A stretch of 59,694 bases of DNA, filler included, from Asterionella formosa (taxonomy: Eukaryota), in the NCBI GenBank assembly GCA_002256025.1. It is 4 parts of 4 records of this genome, joined end to end, with 100 filler letters (N's around TTAATTAATTAA, not from the genome) between each part and the next. Parts side by side here need not be neighbours in the genome. Positions count along the whole stretch, not along the records: positions 29,904 to 44,751 come from NKIB01005721.1; positions 44,852 to 59,694 come from NKIB01005727.1; 2 more parts are not named here. One strand, 5' to 3'. Position numbers and translations under genes: made by a program. The first letter of the stretch is position 1; each line of letters starts with the position of its first letter. Shown piece by piece: positions 33,126-45,191 of this stretch. The notes below the pieces were generated by a model. The model did no database searches, was not told the DNA's origin, and was given only the letters and a program-made list of their open reading frames with translations.

Positions 33126-33327
33126 CAATTTTCGCAATTTCGCGCGCGTCGACAGCAACCTTTGGGCTGTAATAAGTATTTAACAATTTACACAATGCAA
33201 CAATACAAGTACGTAATTATTTACTCGCTATATAAATCTGAACAACTCCTTCGTGACAATAATTAACGTATCTTGCAAACAAAGTTCAAACCGTGCGTTT
33301 ACTCCGTTTAGAAGTGGCTTACAGTTT
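33126..33327 (-). mobile_element. Second copy of the subterminal region of the Tc1/pogo-like element at 1037-1233
   Basis: Near-identical blocks GTCGACAGCAACCTTTGGGC, ACACAATGCAACAATACAAGTACG, TTTACTCGCTATATAAATCTGAACAACTC and GTTCAAACCGTGCGTTTACTCCGTTTAG. Confidence 0.85.
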
Positions 33328-35296
33328 GAAGATGACTGATGCGGACCATTCCCACTTGCACTTACATCTACAGGGTTTCATGAAGAATAAAAAAGGAACG
33401 GTAGCTGCGTACCCTATAACGTCAGCAGGAGTTCACTTCTGGAGAGAAGCGGCAGTCATCCCTCCTCGTAGAGTTTTTTATAGCTTCTCAGCCCCTGTTT
33501 TGGAATAGTTACAATTCCTAGAAGGATAGCTGCCACCTCTCTCACCCTTAAGTCGAGCAATGACTGTATAAAAGCATATGCAAAGTGGTCGTATTGGTGA
33601 AAGCTAATTTTACCTTTAACTACCGGTATTTATTTAGTTGTACGTAATGTGTGCATTGAGGTACATCATAAAAATACTGACCTCGCAATGTGTAACCGCG
33701 GGGCTGGAACCATATTATGTTTTTTACAACCACATGTGACGTCACCTGTCGGTCGTGGTTTAGAAGCCATGAGCAATGAAGGGGGCGCTCTGAACAAACC
33801 GAGAACGTACTGTACTACGTATCCTGTACTAGTTACATAGTACCTGGGACATCCGGAAAATGTGCTTAAAACCGTTTAACGGCAATAATTTGGGGATTGA
33901 ATTTAATTAGCTTACTATCCAGAACTTGAAGTGTATATTGAGATCGCGTCATACAATGGCTGGCACGCTTCCGTGGAGCGAGGCTTGGCATGTGCTCTTG
34001 ACCCTTGCTGCTTAAGTTAAAAGTGAATAAGCGTTTTGCTTGGTGCTTAGTAGTAGCTAAGTTGAAAGTAAATAAGCTTTTGGTGCTTATTAGGTAACTT
34101 ATTCTTTCCAAAGTTGCCTAAATGTAGATACCGTGTTGACTACTTAGAATGCAGCCAGCACAAACCCAATTACCGGTATTCTCATCTTTGAGTCAGTTCA
34201 TATTGCGTACGTGTTTAAAATGTACTCTGAGTATGGTGAGCGACTTGCTGGTGGAAACAACGATGATATGACGATGATGAGGATCAACTGATTCAACTAT
34301 TCTAAACAGATAAATAATGAATTATAACTCAATTTTTTTGGGACTGATCCCTTGTAGGCAATGGAGCATTGTAGAACGGCGCATATTTACAAATAAGAAG
34401 CATTTTAATGCGACAACGAGGCATTGAGATATTGTCTTTGCCGTTGAGCCCACTTGTGGGTTTCCCATTTTAATGTTTCAGCTAGTATATCTAATCGAAT
34501 GTAGTAGCTAGCTACAATTAAAATTGTGCACTATACGCTAGCGTCTGTTTGATTCTATGCATCTATTTGATGAGGGGAAGATGGCATGATCATTGTCATC
34601 AAATTGTCAGCAATTTGTTGTAGTTGTTGCTGACATACTGTAATTTTATTTTTCATTAAATTCATCATCCTACTATGTCACAGTCGATGGGTGGCTGACA
34701 GCATTAAGGTTTTCCGGGAGTAAATTTTACTTCTGAGCACCATCATTCTTGCGTTAGCTCCCCTCCGTCCAACTACCAGTGGGCTGAAAAGACATCCCTT
34801 ACCCCTAATGTAATCAGAAGTTTGTTTGCTGCTTAAGCTTAAGCTAAAAATTTCCTTGGTGGGAATGCCAGCGTGAATGCATTTCGCCACGCCGGCCAAT
34901 CCCAAATGACGTTAAAGTATAACGCCTCTAGTTTTTGCGATGTCTGTATCAAAAATTCACTTTTATATATTTGTGCAAGCACGTTTTCCATATGTCCTTT
35001 GTATACCTCATACCGCTTTAGGAAGCATCCACATGATCTGGCGATGTCCGGTTAAGCATGAGGTTAACTCCGGGGGTATACCGTACTGGTACAAGTACTG
35101 TACATACAGAATTGCCAAACCAACCTGGACGACGACTTGGATAAGCAATGAGTGGTGGTCACCTCTCAAAATCGATTACAGTATTCTCGCTTTGCTCCTC
35201 TCATAACTACTACAGAACCAGATACGGGCGACTTGAAGCAGTCTAGACCGAGATAGAAGTAATTTGTTCCAGAGAAAGGCAGAAGCTCGCGTTGAA

Positions 35297-36962
35297 ATGG
35301 CTTGGTAAGGAAGGACAATCAAGAACCAATTTTCAGCCCCTCCCTGAAGTCACTGGATGTACCCTAGCCTTCTGCTCAGCTCACTCTTTTACCCATATCG
35401 CTGTTAGGGGATCCGGTGAACTCAAATCCTGCGAGTCGTTGATTTCTCGTGTTGAGCTGAATGATCCAACCTTGAAAGAACTGGTTGTCCTGCCAATGAA
35501 AACCTTTGGCGGATCAGAAGTGGAACGTCTAGCTTCTATTCTGGGTAAGTTAAAAACGGGCTTGCTAATTTGGTGCATTTAGTTTTGAATCTAATCTATT
35601 CCATCGAAAACTCAAAGAGTCTGGAAAGAACACACATCTGACTTTGTTGGCTGCGTCTGGTCATTCTGTTCCTCCTGTCGCGTTAGGAAGACTTGGGGCA
35701 GTCATTGCGTCAGGTAAGTGTAATCTTGTAGGCCTGGCCATTGGGGATCAAAAAATGGGAGATGCAGGAGTAGCGGCGCTTTGTGCATCTCTGGAATCGG
35801 TCAATGGTGGAAAACTCGCAGTTCTTGACTTGGCATGGAAGGACATGTGAGTTTCGATTGATGTCACCCAGTACAGTTGAAATTCACATGTGCTCATTCA
35901 ACTGCTTTTTTGGCGTGGAATAGATCATCGGCGGGGATGATGTCGCTTGGAAAGACATTCGGGCTTTCAAAACACCTAAAACAGCTTGTTCTATCTCGAA
36001 ATGAAGAAATTGGAGACGACGGGGTCAGGGCCTTTTATGAATCGTTAAGTGATGCAAACAATGCTTCAATTATGGAAAGCCTAGAAACACTTGATCTGGC
36101 GGCATGTAATTTAGGGCCTCTCGGGATGGAGGCACTGACGAAGATTTTAACCAACTGCCCAAAACGACACCTCGCTCTTACATTGACATCAAATCCGTTG
36201 AAAGCAGGTTCGAGCGCATCGATATCAACTTTGCTTTGTGGTACGTCTAGAATCAGGTTACTTTATCTAGCGCACTGTGAGATTGGAGATACCGGAGTGG
36301 AGCAATTATCGGCATCTATAGAGTGCGAGAAGTGCATTGGTCTGTCTGTTCTTGATTTATCCCACAACGGTATCGGCCCAGAAGGGGCAAATAAGCTTGC
36401 GTTAGTCATGTGGAGAAACGGAATCAATCATCTTGAGAATCTTGTAGAGCTTGTTTTGGCTGGCAACAATCTAGGACATGTTGGGGTCCAAAGCTTGGTG
36501 CAGGCGTTGGTGCACAAAACTGAAGATGGAAACCTGGCTTCAGGCAACTCAACGTTGACATCGCTTGATTTGACTCAAACTAACTGCGGAAATGATGGCG
36601 CGGTTGCCATAATGAGATGTACGGCCTTGAAAAAGGTGCGATTATTCAATAACAAACTTGGTAATAGCGGGTTTATAGCTATTGCACGTGAGCTCCGTGG
36701 AGGGCATGTTTCTATCGAGCAACTTGACGTTGGCGGGAATAATGCTACAAAGGAGGGAGTCATTGGAGTCATTGATGCTGTTGGGACGATACTGAAGGAA
36801 ATCGACTCGAAATTGAACACATTGGAAGTCGGAGGAAACGAAACTGGCTTTGAAGTCGAGGAGGCCATCAAAAGGATGAAGACCACTAGACCAGGCTTAG
36901 ACGTTGCTCGCGACAAGCCAAGACCACAACAGAATGAGGTCGACTCCTTGCATTGCCCTTAA
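35297..36962 (+). CDS. RNI-like leucine-rich repeat protein (NLRC3/RanGAP-type LRRs); exons 35297-35304, 35408-35544, 35618-35846, 35924-36962, 470 aa
   Basis: GT..AG introns give a continuous 1413-nt frame starting [28 protein letters not shown]. Repeated LxxLxLxxNxIGxxG motifs ([31 protein letters not shown]). Confidence 0.88.
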
Positions 36963-37504
36963 CTTGAAAGTGCAAGAAAAGTTCATGTCTCCAAATGCAG
37001 TCCATGATGCAGTAGAATACCAGAGTAGTCTACTGTAGATTAATGTAGCGTTTCTGTGCTAGCTATACTTCGCCGTTCTAGCACTACTGGTCTGGCTAGG
37101 TCGTGAGCAAAATTTTCTTGCCATATCAAATGGAATCAAAGTCCTTCTATCGATCTCTACATTTGATCATTGTTCAATCCTGAACACCCAATACTAAATT
37201 AACAATGCTTTTCAGCGCTGGTCAGAGAGCACTGAAGGCCTATTACACAAGATCACATACTAGCTAGTTTATATAAGGCAACCCAATCCTTATTTCTTTC
37301 TGAGTTCTGACCAGCAACTTTTGCTACTATGGTGCATGAGCTATAGATAGAAAACTATAGATCTTTTATAGCACGGAATTATGTTCAAGGAATGAAATAT
37401 ACCGGTAATGCACAGTACTGGTGCATATTATTTTTGATACTCGTTGTCACACCATGCTCAATGCATCGTTCTTGGTTTCAAAAAAGCAGTCATTATCCAC
37501 TTGA

Positions 37505-37936
37505 CCAGTGGATGATAATGACAAATATTTAACACACTGACGGAGATCGAACGAAAAGACCGCAAAAGAACGGAAAAATCCGGATATACGACGTTTTCCT
37601 GCGGTCTTTTGCGAACTTCGCGTTCTTTTGCGGTCTTTTGGGAAAACGTGATGCGAGGTCGATTTTAGATAAAACACCGTTTTTGTACGTGACTTTTCGT
37701 ACTTCGGACTTTTCGTCAACTCCCAGTGGATAATGAAAAATATTTAACACAATGACGGAGATCGAACGAAAAGACCGCAAAAGAACGGAAAATCCGGATA
37801 TACGACGTTTTCCTGCGGTCTTTTGCGAACTTCGCGTTCTTTTGCGGTCCTTTGGGAAAACGTGATGCGAGGTCGATTATAGATAAAACACCGTTTTGGT
37901 ACGTGACTTTTCGTACTTTGGAGTTTCCGTCAACTC
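37505..37936. repeat. Tandem duplication of an about 216-bp unit, each containing an internal inverted repeat
   Basis: Units start at CCAGTGGA (37505 and 37723). Each holds AAAAGACCGCAAAAGAACG ... CGTTCTTTTGCGGTC(T/C)TTT. Confidence 0.92.
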
Positions 37937-39073
37937 CCTGGTAGAATTTCTTGGACAATGCCATGATAGTATACCGCAGGGTTCCATTGCTCCATTGGTA
38001 GAATGCATAGTCTACCAAAATGATTACTTTGTACAATTTTTTAACCCATCAATACCACATTTTCACCTCAGTCAAGCAAAGAGGACAGTATTAACCTGTC
38101 CAGAGTAGAACACTAACAGAGCACTACAGGAAAATACTACTACTTTGGTAGAATTTCACCAATAATGTACACATAGCATTTCCAAATAGTACAGTAATTC
38201 AAATTGAATCTAGTGTGAGTTGCCAATTATATTCCGCATATCATCCTTTCATCTCCCCTAACTCTGCACATATAGAATTACATACTAATGGCATACTGGT
38301 ATATGTGCAACATGGCACTCCACATACATTTGAGTCAAGCGGGAGACTTATGGGCACAAGACATTCTGATTTGACCATCGGAAAATGTCATGAAAAATTT
38401 GTCAAGACATCGGACATTGGACACCAGGTCTTGTGAACATGTCCATCCCATCATGTTTTTATCAATCCAGTCACTGGCTGGTGACTGTATGTCACTGGCA
38501 ATTTTATCAATGTAGTCTCTGATGTAAAAACCGCACAGTGCAATCATCATTACTAACACAGAGTGCTCTTTTCCAGCAGTTCTCACATCTCTCCTCATCT
38601 TGCAGTGATGGGAATTCTCTCTGGTGGGTAGGGAGGAGGTACCTTGAAGTTGTTTCTATTTCCTCAGCCCAGCCAGTTGGCTGGTTTTGGTCTGTCAGCG
38701 TCTGCAAATAGAAAACATCTAATTCGTGTGATGCATCTTACAATGGCGATCATATGATCATATACATTCGATTTATCATCTAATATGAATAATATTTATC
38801 GTCATTGAGAATATTGTATGTATATATATATATCGATACCTGTATTTTTGCATGTATACCATCACTGGCTGCAAACATCAACAACCGGTCAATCTGAATT
38901 TGTATCATTAGTGTTGCATGAGTAGGACAGTCGTACATGGGTACATGTACATACCTGCTCTAGCAATCTATAGTTTAGAAGACATGATAGATATGCATGT
39001 GCGAGTCTACTGTTGTGTGAGTACTGGTACCAGGTACTACTGCCTATTGTATCATCTATTGTACTAGTACCAA

Positions 39074-39330
39074 TATGTTGCACAGAAATTTTTGTATGTA
39101 AACGTATGTACACGATTGATTTGAATTTAAATCATGCCCATCATAAGGATACCTATATACGCAGCACAGATATTTTTGCATGTAAACATACGTACCAGTA
39201 TACAATTGATTTGAATTTAAATCATGTCCATCATAGTGATACCTATATACCGGTATGTTGCACAGATATTTGTATGTAGACGTACTATGTGTATGATTGA
39301 TTTGAATTTGAATCATGCCCATGATAGGGA
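39074..39330. repeat. Tandem repeat, about 88-bp unit, 3 copies
   Basis: Recurring GCACAGA...TTTG(T/C)ATGTA...ATTGATTTGAATTTRAATCATGYCCAT. Confidence 0.85.
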
Positions 39331-39359
39331 TAGGATTAGGTAGTGACTTCGTTATATCT

Positions 39360-39575
39360 AAAGGTGATTGAGGGTACGCAATATCACGTAGTTGTACAAC
39401 AATGTGGCATTGGTATCTGTTGGTGATGAAGGGGACGCAATAATACTTTCTCGTACAGACAAGGTGACATTGGTATCTATTGTCACCTCGTACTCAGCAG
39501 GCTACAGCACGTTCTTGTACAGATAAGGTGACGACATTGGTATCTATTGCTGATGGAGGGGACGCAATAACACGT
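39360..39575. repeat. Degenerate tandem repeat, about 60-bp unit
   Basis: Recurring CATTGGTATCT(G/A)TTG and GGG(G/T)ACGCAATA. Confidence 0.7.
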
Positions 39576-40017
39576 TGTTCAGCAATTCAAAAGCACATTT
39601 CGCATTCAGCAGGATACCACCAATATCGACCAAAAACTTGTAAATGCTCTTGCTGGATCAATGAGCCACTGTTAGAACATCACTGACACATGTTTGTTTT
39701 TCAATATTTCAGGATAATTTTAATCAAAGAGTTTTGTTGTAAGTTATAAATGACATTGGTGGAACGGTTTATTGATTTGTACTTATGTCATCATTGACTG
39801 ACACATTATTTTACAGAATTATGCGAAAACTTCATCGATTTCTGGTCAGTGGAGCATGCAAAGAAAATGGGACTGCAGTGTTGAGACATAAACAAAACAT
39901 GGCTAACGAGCAAGTAATTCCTTCTCATTGTTATTATAATTAGGAAATCAAAATGGATAAAACAGAATCGGATCAAAAGGAAATGGGATTTGCAGCATGA
40001 ATTCAGATGAGTTTCAG

Positions 40018-40217
40018 AGTGGAAGGGAGGCGGGAGGTATGCACCAAGAGATTTGAAGGCAGGAAGCAATGCATCCTCAAGAACATTGAAGGGAAGCGGG
40101 TGAGAGGCAGGCATCCTCAAGAGCATTGAAGGGAGGTGGGGGAGGCATACATCCTCACAAACATTGAAGAAGGGAGGCGGGAGGCGGGAGGCGGGAGGCA
40201 TGCATCAAGAGCATTGA
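40018..40217. repeat. Purine-rich degenerate tandem repeat, about 40-bp unit
   Basis: Recurring CATCCTCA...CATTGAAG...GGAGGCGGG. Confidence 0.7.
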
Positions 40218-41235
40218 GACAATAGAAAAGGGGAACATTGGCTGTTAAAGCAACTGCAAAAAATGTAGAAACATAAAAATGGTTTTGTGATATAACAGTA
40301 AAATCTCAATCCATTTCAACCTATTTTTATCAGCTATTTCGATTAGAGTTACCATCATATACTAAGGCAGGATAGGTACATGATAAAAGAATAGACATCA
40401 TAGGATAATGTTTTGATAATTATGTGGTGGTTTGATTATTACGAGTAAGCTTAGCCTGTTCACTTTCTTAGTATGTAGTTATCATACATATTACGAAATA
40501 TGTATCATTTATTGTATGATACCCCTGATCTTATAAGTACGATATTTTTTATTTGCAGACGAGTTCTCAATAGCCTTCTATTAATTATTCTACGTTGACT
40601 GACCAATTTTTCAATGTTGTTGCATTAGCCAAATCTGGGATACAGAATGGGGATCAAAGGATAACTCATTGGGTTTGATGTAGTTTAGACATTGTCACAT
40701 AAGCCATGGGTCACAGTTTCACTGTGACATCATGACCTTGGGAAAGATATCATAATTGGGTTGGGATACTTGTTTTATCTACACCTCCGCCCCCCCCCCA
40801 TCCATCCAAGAACAATAAGCCATGAGACTTCTAAATCATTTACATAATTTCATATCATTCAGTCTGGAGGTTTATGTAGTTGATGAGTTATAAAAAAGAC
40901 ACCAACCCCACATTTCGATTCTTATGGGCGGTCTGTCTATTGACAGTATATGATTTGAGAGTCAGTGTGGCTACCGTCCTTATGGGTCCAGACCGGTATG
41001 ATGACTACCGTATGATGTGAACCGTGCAGGAGATGTTAACCCGCTAACATTAGACGGAATAGAAAATAACTTACCGGGATACTACATGTACCGTAGCCTG
41101 AAAACAGAGGAGAAAACAGCCAACAAGACGACAAGACGGGGGTGTGTGTGCCCATTATTTTATATTTATGTACTCGGAATAAGCAGGAATCCCAAATTTT
41201 GTACTGTACCGGTTTTTTACTTTCGATTTCTGACC

Positions 41236-42154
41236 ATGGCCACTGCTATTAACCCTGAAGAAAACGATGGCACTAGCGCGGACCAGGAATTATCCCAGAC
41301 TGTCGGAAATAGCGCATCGTTGCCTTTAGCGCACTCGCCAAGTCTTGCAGGCTCGGTAATCGAAGCGTCCGATGGGCTGGGCGGAAGTACGTACATTCGA
41401 ATTCAGAACATTTCTTCCACAGGTGAGATCCATGATTGGTGCAGACGCAGTTGAACTGTCTTCCCGTTGCTTTTAAGTGTACATTTTGATTACAACTTCT
41501 CGTCAGCACGGTAACTCACAATTTTTTTTCGCGGAAACAGCCAATCTTGGAGTTCGATTAGATCTAAAGAAAATTGCCTTGAAATGTCGAAATACTGAGT
41601 TCAACCCCCGGAGATTCGGAGCTGTCATTATGCGATTACGAGAACCTCGTGCGACTGCCTTGATTTTTGCTTCTGGAAAAATGTGCATTACGGGTGTCAA
41701 GTCCACGCACAACGCAACTCTGGCAACCAAGAAATTTGGCTACATCGTCGAGCGAGTTGGTTTCAAGCCTCAGGATTACCTTGATTTCAAGGTTCAGAAT
41801 ATTGTGGGCACCACAGATGTGGGATTTCCAATTCGTCTCGAGGGGCTGGTGTATGCGCATTCCACCTTCGCTAGTTACGAGCCCGAGCTTTTTCCAGGTT
41901 TGATTTATCGATTGGTCAGCCCAAGAGTAGTTTTCCTTATCTTTGTCAGTGGAAAGCTTGTGATTACGGGAGCCAAGACAGAATCTGATTTGAGCCAAGC
42001 ATTTACCAAGTTGTTTCCTGTGCTCGTTGAATATAGAAAAGTCCAAGTGGCTAGCCTCCCAGGACTCCCAGCCAACTCGGCTGAAAACGCAGCAGCACTT
42101 TCCACAATGGGTGCGGGAGGGACAGATACACAGCGTGAAATGGAGGAGGTGTAG
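41236..42154 (+). CDS. TBP: TATA-box binding protein; exons 41236-41422 and 41541-42154, 266 aa
   Basis: The spliced frame [56 protein letters not shown]...[21 protein letters not shown]...[12 protein letters not shown]...[14 protein letters not shown] gives both TBP repeats with all four intercalating Phe. Confidence 0.97.
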
Positions 42155-42356
42155 GAGATTTTTGATCATGTGAATGCAGCATGGTCATATGTTGCCGAAC
42201 TTGGCGACAAGATTTCCTAGTTTAATCATGGAAAGTCTAGCAGGTGAAGTAGACACTATGCAGTCAAAGTATGACTGTGGATTCTAGGTATGATTCTATA
42301 AATTGAGTCTATGCCCATGGGCCGTTGTGCTCGGGCGGAATCCATTAGGAAAATGT

Positions 42357-42675
42357 TCATTTCACGTCAAAGCCTTCAGCACGTAGACACATTTTATGAG
42401 CTTCAATGGCTACCACACAATCAGCGTGCTCCTCTCCCTTGAACACAACACATTCATCTCGAATTTTCTTTGTTTCTGGGCAGCAACAGCAAATCTTCTT
42501 TCCACTTTTGATTCCAACCTTTTGCTACATATCATCAGTCGCATACGAACGGAAAGCGTTAGATTCGGAAATTATAGCATGCTCGATTGTTCGCTTCATT
42601 TCGCATATGATCCTTCAATCATCTTACCTCTTTTGGAATCGGAGGAGGAATGGGTGACGACGCGCCTTGTCCCAT
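42357..42675 (-). CDS. COX17: Cytochrome c oxidase copper chaperone Cox17; exons 42675-42628 and 42524-42357, 71 aa; not in the ORF track
   Basis: The spliced product is [71 protein letters not shown]. It has the K-x-CCxCPETK..RDEC and twin CX9C motifs and IEAHKxCLRxEGF. The intron is GTAAG...TAG at 42627-42525. Confidence 0.95.
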
Positions 42676-43779
42676 TGTTCTATCGTAATCAGTAGCTTGC
42701 GTTTGAGTTGCTTCCTATTCGAACACACGTGTAATAATTTGGATCTGGTTTTGAAGAATGTATTCGAACCATTAGCAGTACCGGGTAGCGCAGTTGTTTC
42801 TTTCTTCTTACTAGCATACCGGTATCCGCCCGTCCTTGCTCAGACTCGATGTGATTTTTACTTGATGAGTACCTGGTACTGAGTATACCTAGCGGTGATG
42901 GCGCGGTGCATCTGTCGTTTGCGGTGGATGCATGATCATGATGATGCGCTTCCGATATGCATGCTGATGTACCTGGTACCAGTACCAGGGGTAGACTACC
43001 AGGTACCTGGTACCGTACTCTCTGTCATATAAATATGTATGTGCCACAGACAAAAGCAAGATGAAATGGATAACCTGGCACCAGACAGGCTCAGTTGTTC
43101 AGGCCTGATGAGTGATGGCCTTTAAACATTCAAATCCTAACACCTTTAGAAACGTTCATTATTGGTAGTTTTCATCACTTTGGCCAAAACAGGAAAATGA
43201 TTTTGAGTTTGGAGAGAATAGCATGATGACTTGTTCCTGCCTTTTGCTGACTTTGCTGACCAGTCATAGTCATTTGGATCCAGTGTTTTCTCATTTGGAG
43301 GAATAAAAAAGGCCTAAAATTAAATCTGCAGTATTTTAATGTATCGTCCACTATTAGAGCACTTAGCTTGGCTGATTAAAAAACTGACAATTTAATTTTT
43401 CTTCATGTATGTATGTTCTTGGAACATGATGTTTGCTGGTACCAGCAGTAGTGGCTGGGAACTCCATGACAACAAAGATGATACATATATTTATTGTAAA
43501 CAGATAAATCAAGAATTATAAATCAATTTTTGTTTTCAGCTAATGATGTTGTAGTTTGTGGCTACTTCATGTACAATGGTTACGTATGAACAATTCAGGT
43601 TTTGATCCAGCAATATCATATCATGATGGAGATATTGTCACTGCAGTTGAGCGCCATTTGGCTTCCTCCGATTTTCTATTTTAGCTATTTTGCAATTCAT
43701 ATCAAAGCTACATGAAAATTTCTTCCTTTATTTGCTAGCGAAAATTGTATTCTACCTAAGAAACTAATAAAAGTGTTAA

Positions 43780-44470
43780 GGTTCCTGCATTTGAACCCCT
43801 AGGCAAAAATTAAAAAATTGCTTAGGGTTGCCGAAATTCCCTGGAACTAAGAACTTTTATGTGCTAATTTGAATATCAATGATTCCGTTTGAAAAATTCA
43901 AATGAGTGGAAATTTGCGCGTACGTATATAGATTCCATTTCAAATGCATAAAATATGTAAAGATAGATTCTTCATCGCTGAATGTTTTATATTGCTACTC
44001 TACCGATAGTATACCTACTCGTATCATAAATATGTTTCACATGCACGACCCGGCGGCTGCAAAACATATTTGAATGTGCAAACTATCGGTACTAAGGTAC
44101 TGGTTAGCGTGCACTACCATTTACTATGACGAATGATGATCAGTTACCTGGAACCGGTAGGTCTACCCGGTACTCGGTATTCCTACTCCGTACGGATTCC
44201 GGTATACGGGTAAACCTACCCGGTACTCGATATTCCCACTCCGTACGGATACCGGTATACGGGTAGGATCGGCCAACACCCAAGAAAATGCTTCATGTGT
44301 ATCCAGTGTGGCCGGCGTGGGATTGCACGACCTCGCAAACCGTGCCAATCGAACGAATGTAAGGATAACCAATCAGAATATGATTATTACAGCGGGCAAT
44401 TACATTGGAACTTTTAGTACATGAGATTTTACGACTACAAATTTTAGCACAAGACTACCATTCCGATGAT
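43780..44470 (+). mobile_element. Terminus and internal part of a TTAA-flanked DNA transposon (Kolobok-like; PIF/Harbinger-type TWA target not excluded)
   Basis: Starts TTAA|GGTTCCTGCATTT (TTAA at 43776-43779). The copy at 52930-53099 ends at the same base (AAATGCAGGAACC|TTAA). Internal homology with 9240-9730. Carries a 53-bp palindromic unit twice at 44163-44266. Confidence 0.7.
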
Positions 44471-44630
44471 GACGTTTCGGCGATTAGTGATTCTGATTCC
44501 GACGTTTGGGTGACCGTTGAAAAGGCCGATATTGTCGAATTTTTGGACGACGATAGCTCAACGTTGGCAGGGTTTGAAGAAGAGTTAAGTACATAGGTAA
44601 TCTTCATATAGCCCCAGAAGTTAACTTTCG

Positions 44631-44751
44631 GCGAGAAACTGCAGAAAGGAACTTCGGTTTTTTTACTAGGCCAAATAAACGAGTTAGCCCGGTAAAATCC
44701 ACTATTTTCAGCATAGTTAAAAAACCGAAGTTCCTTTCTGCAGTTTCTCGC
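44631..44751. repeat. Perfect 33-bp inverted repeat (44631-44663 and 44719-44751) running into the scaffold end
   Basis: GCGAGAAACTGCAGAAAGGAACTTCGGTTTTTT and AAAAAACCGAAGTTCCTTTCTGCAGTTTCTCGC. Confidence 0.95.
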
Positions 44752-44851
44752 NNNNNNNNNNNNNNNNNNNNNNNNNNNNNNNNNNNNNNNNNNNNTTAAT
44801 TAATTAANNNNNNNNNNNNNNNNNNNNNNNNNNNNNNNNNNNNNNNNNNNN
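44752..44851. other. Artificial scaffold linker N44-TTAATTAATTAA-N44
   Basis: Same 100-bp linker. Confidence 0.97.
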
Positions 44852-45063
44852 GGATACAACCTTCCTCGCTGTTTCCCAAGTCCAATGGTACCACCAGAAT
44901 GCAGCAAAGTTTTCTTCCCATTCATGATCCTTGGGACTTCGTCATGTTGTGGCGTTCTACCCCCTGCTCCATAACCACAGCCACCCTGTCGCGGGCCGTT
45001 GCAATGCACGATAATGGGTGATGTACCAAATTTTTCCGGGGGGGGGCAGCGCTTTGACTTTCA

Positions 45064-45191
45064 CAGCCTCTCTACAGAGCTGCGACAGAAAATAATAGGG
45101 ATAAACATAGTACCACCATAACCGTACATGGCAGCCTCTACAGAGCTGCGACAGAAAATAATAGGGAAAAACATAGTACCACCATAACCGT
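45064..45191. repeat. Tandem duplication, about 66-bp unit, 2 copies
   Basis: CAGCCTCT..ACAGAGCTGCGACAGAAAATAATAGGGA(T/A)AAACATAGTACCACCATAACCGT twice. Confidence 0.9.

Noticed and set aside
38215..38707. Short Cys-containing minus-strand ORFs
   Set aside because: Fragmentary and embedded among tandem repeats. Probably TE debris, but no family could be recognised.
7442..42675. Functional gene cluster (chlG, DUR3, transporters, TBP, COX17)
   Set aside because: The genes lie on three unrelated scaffolds and share no pathway.
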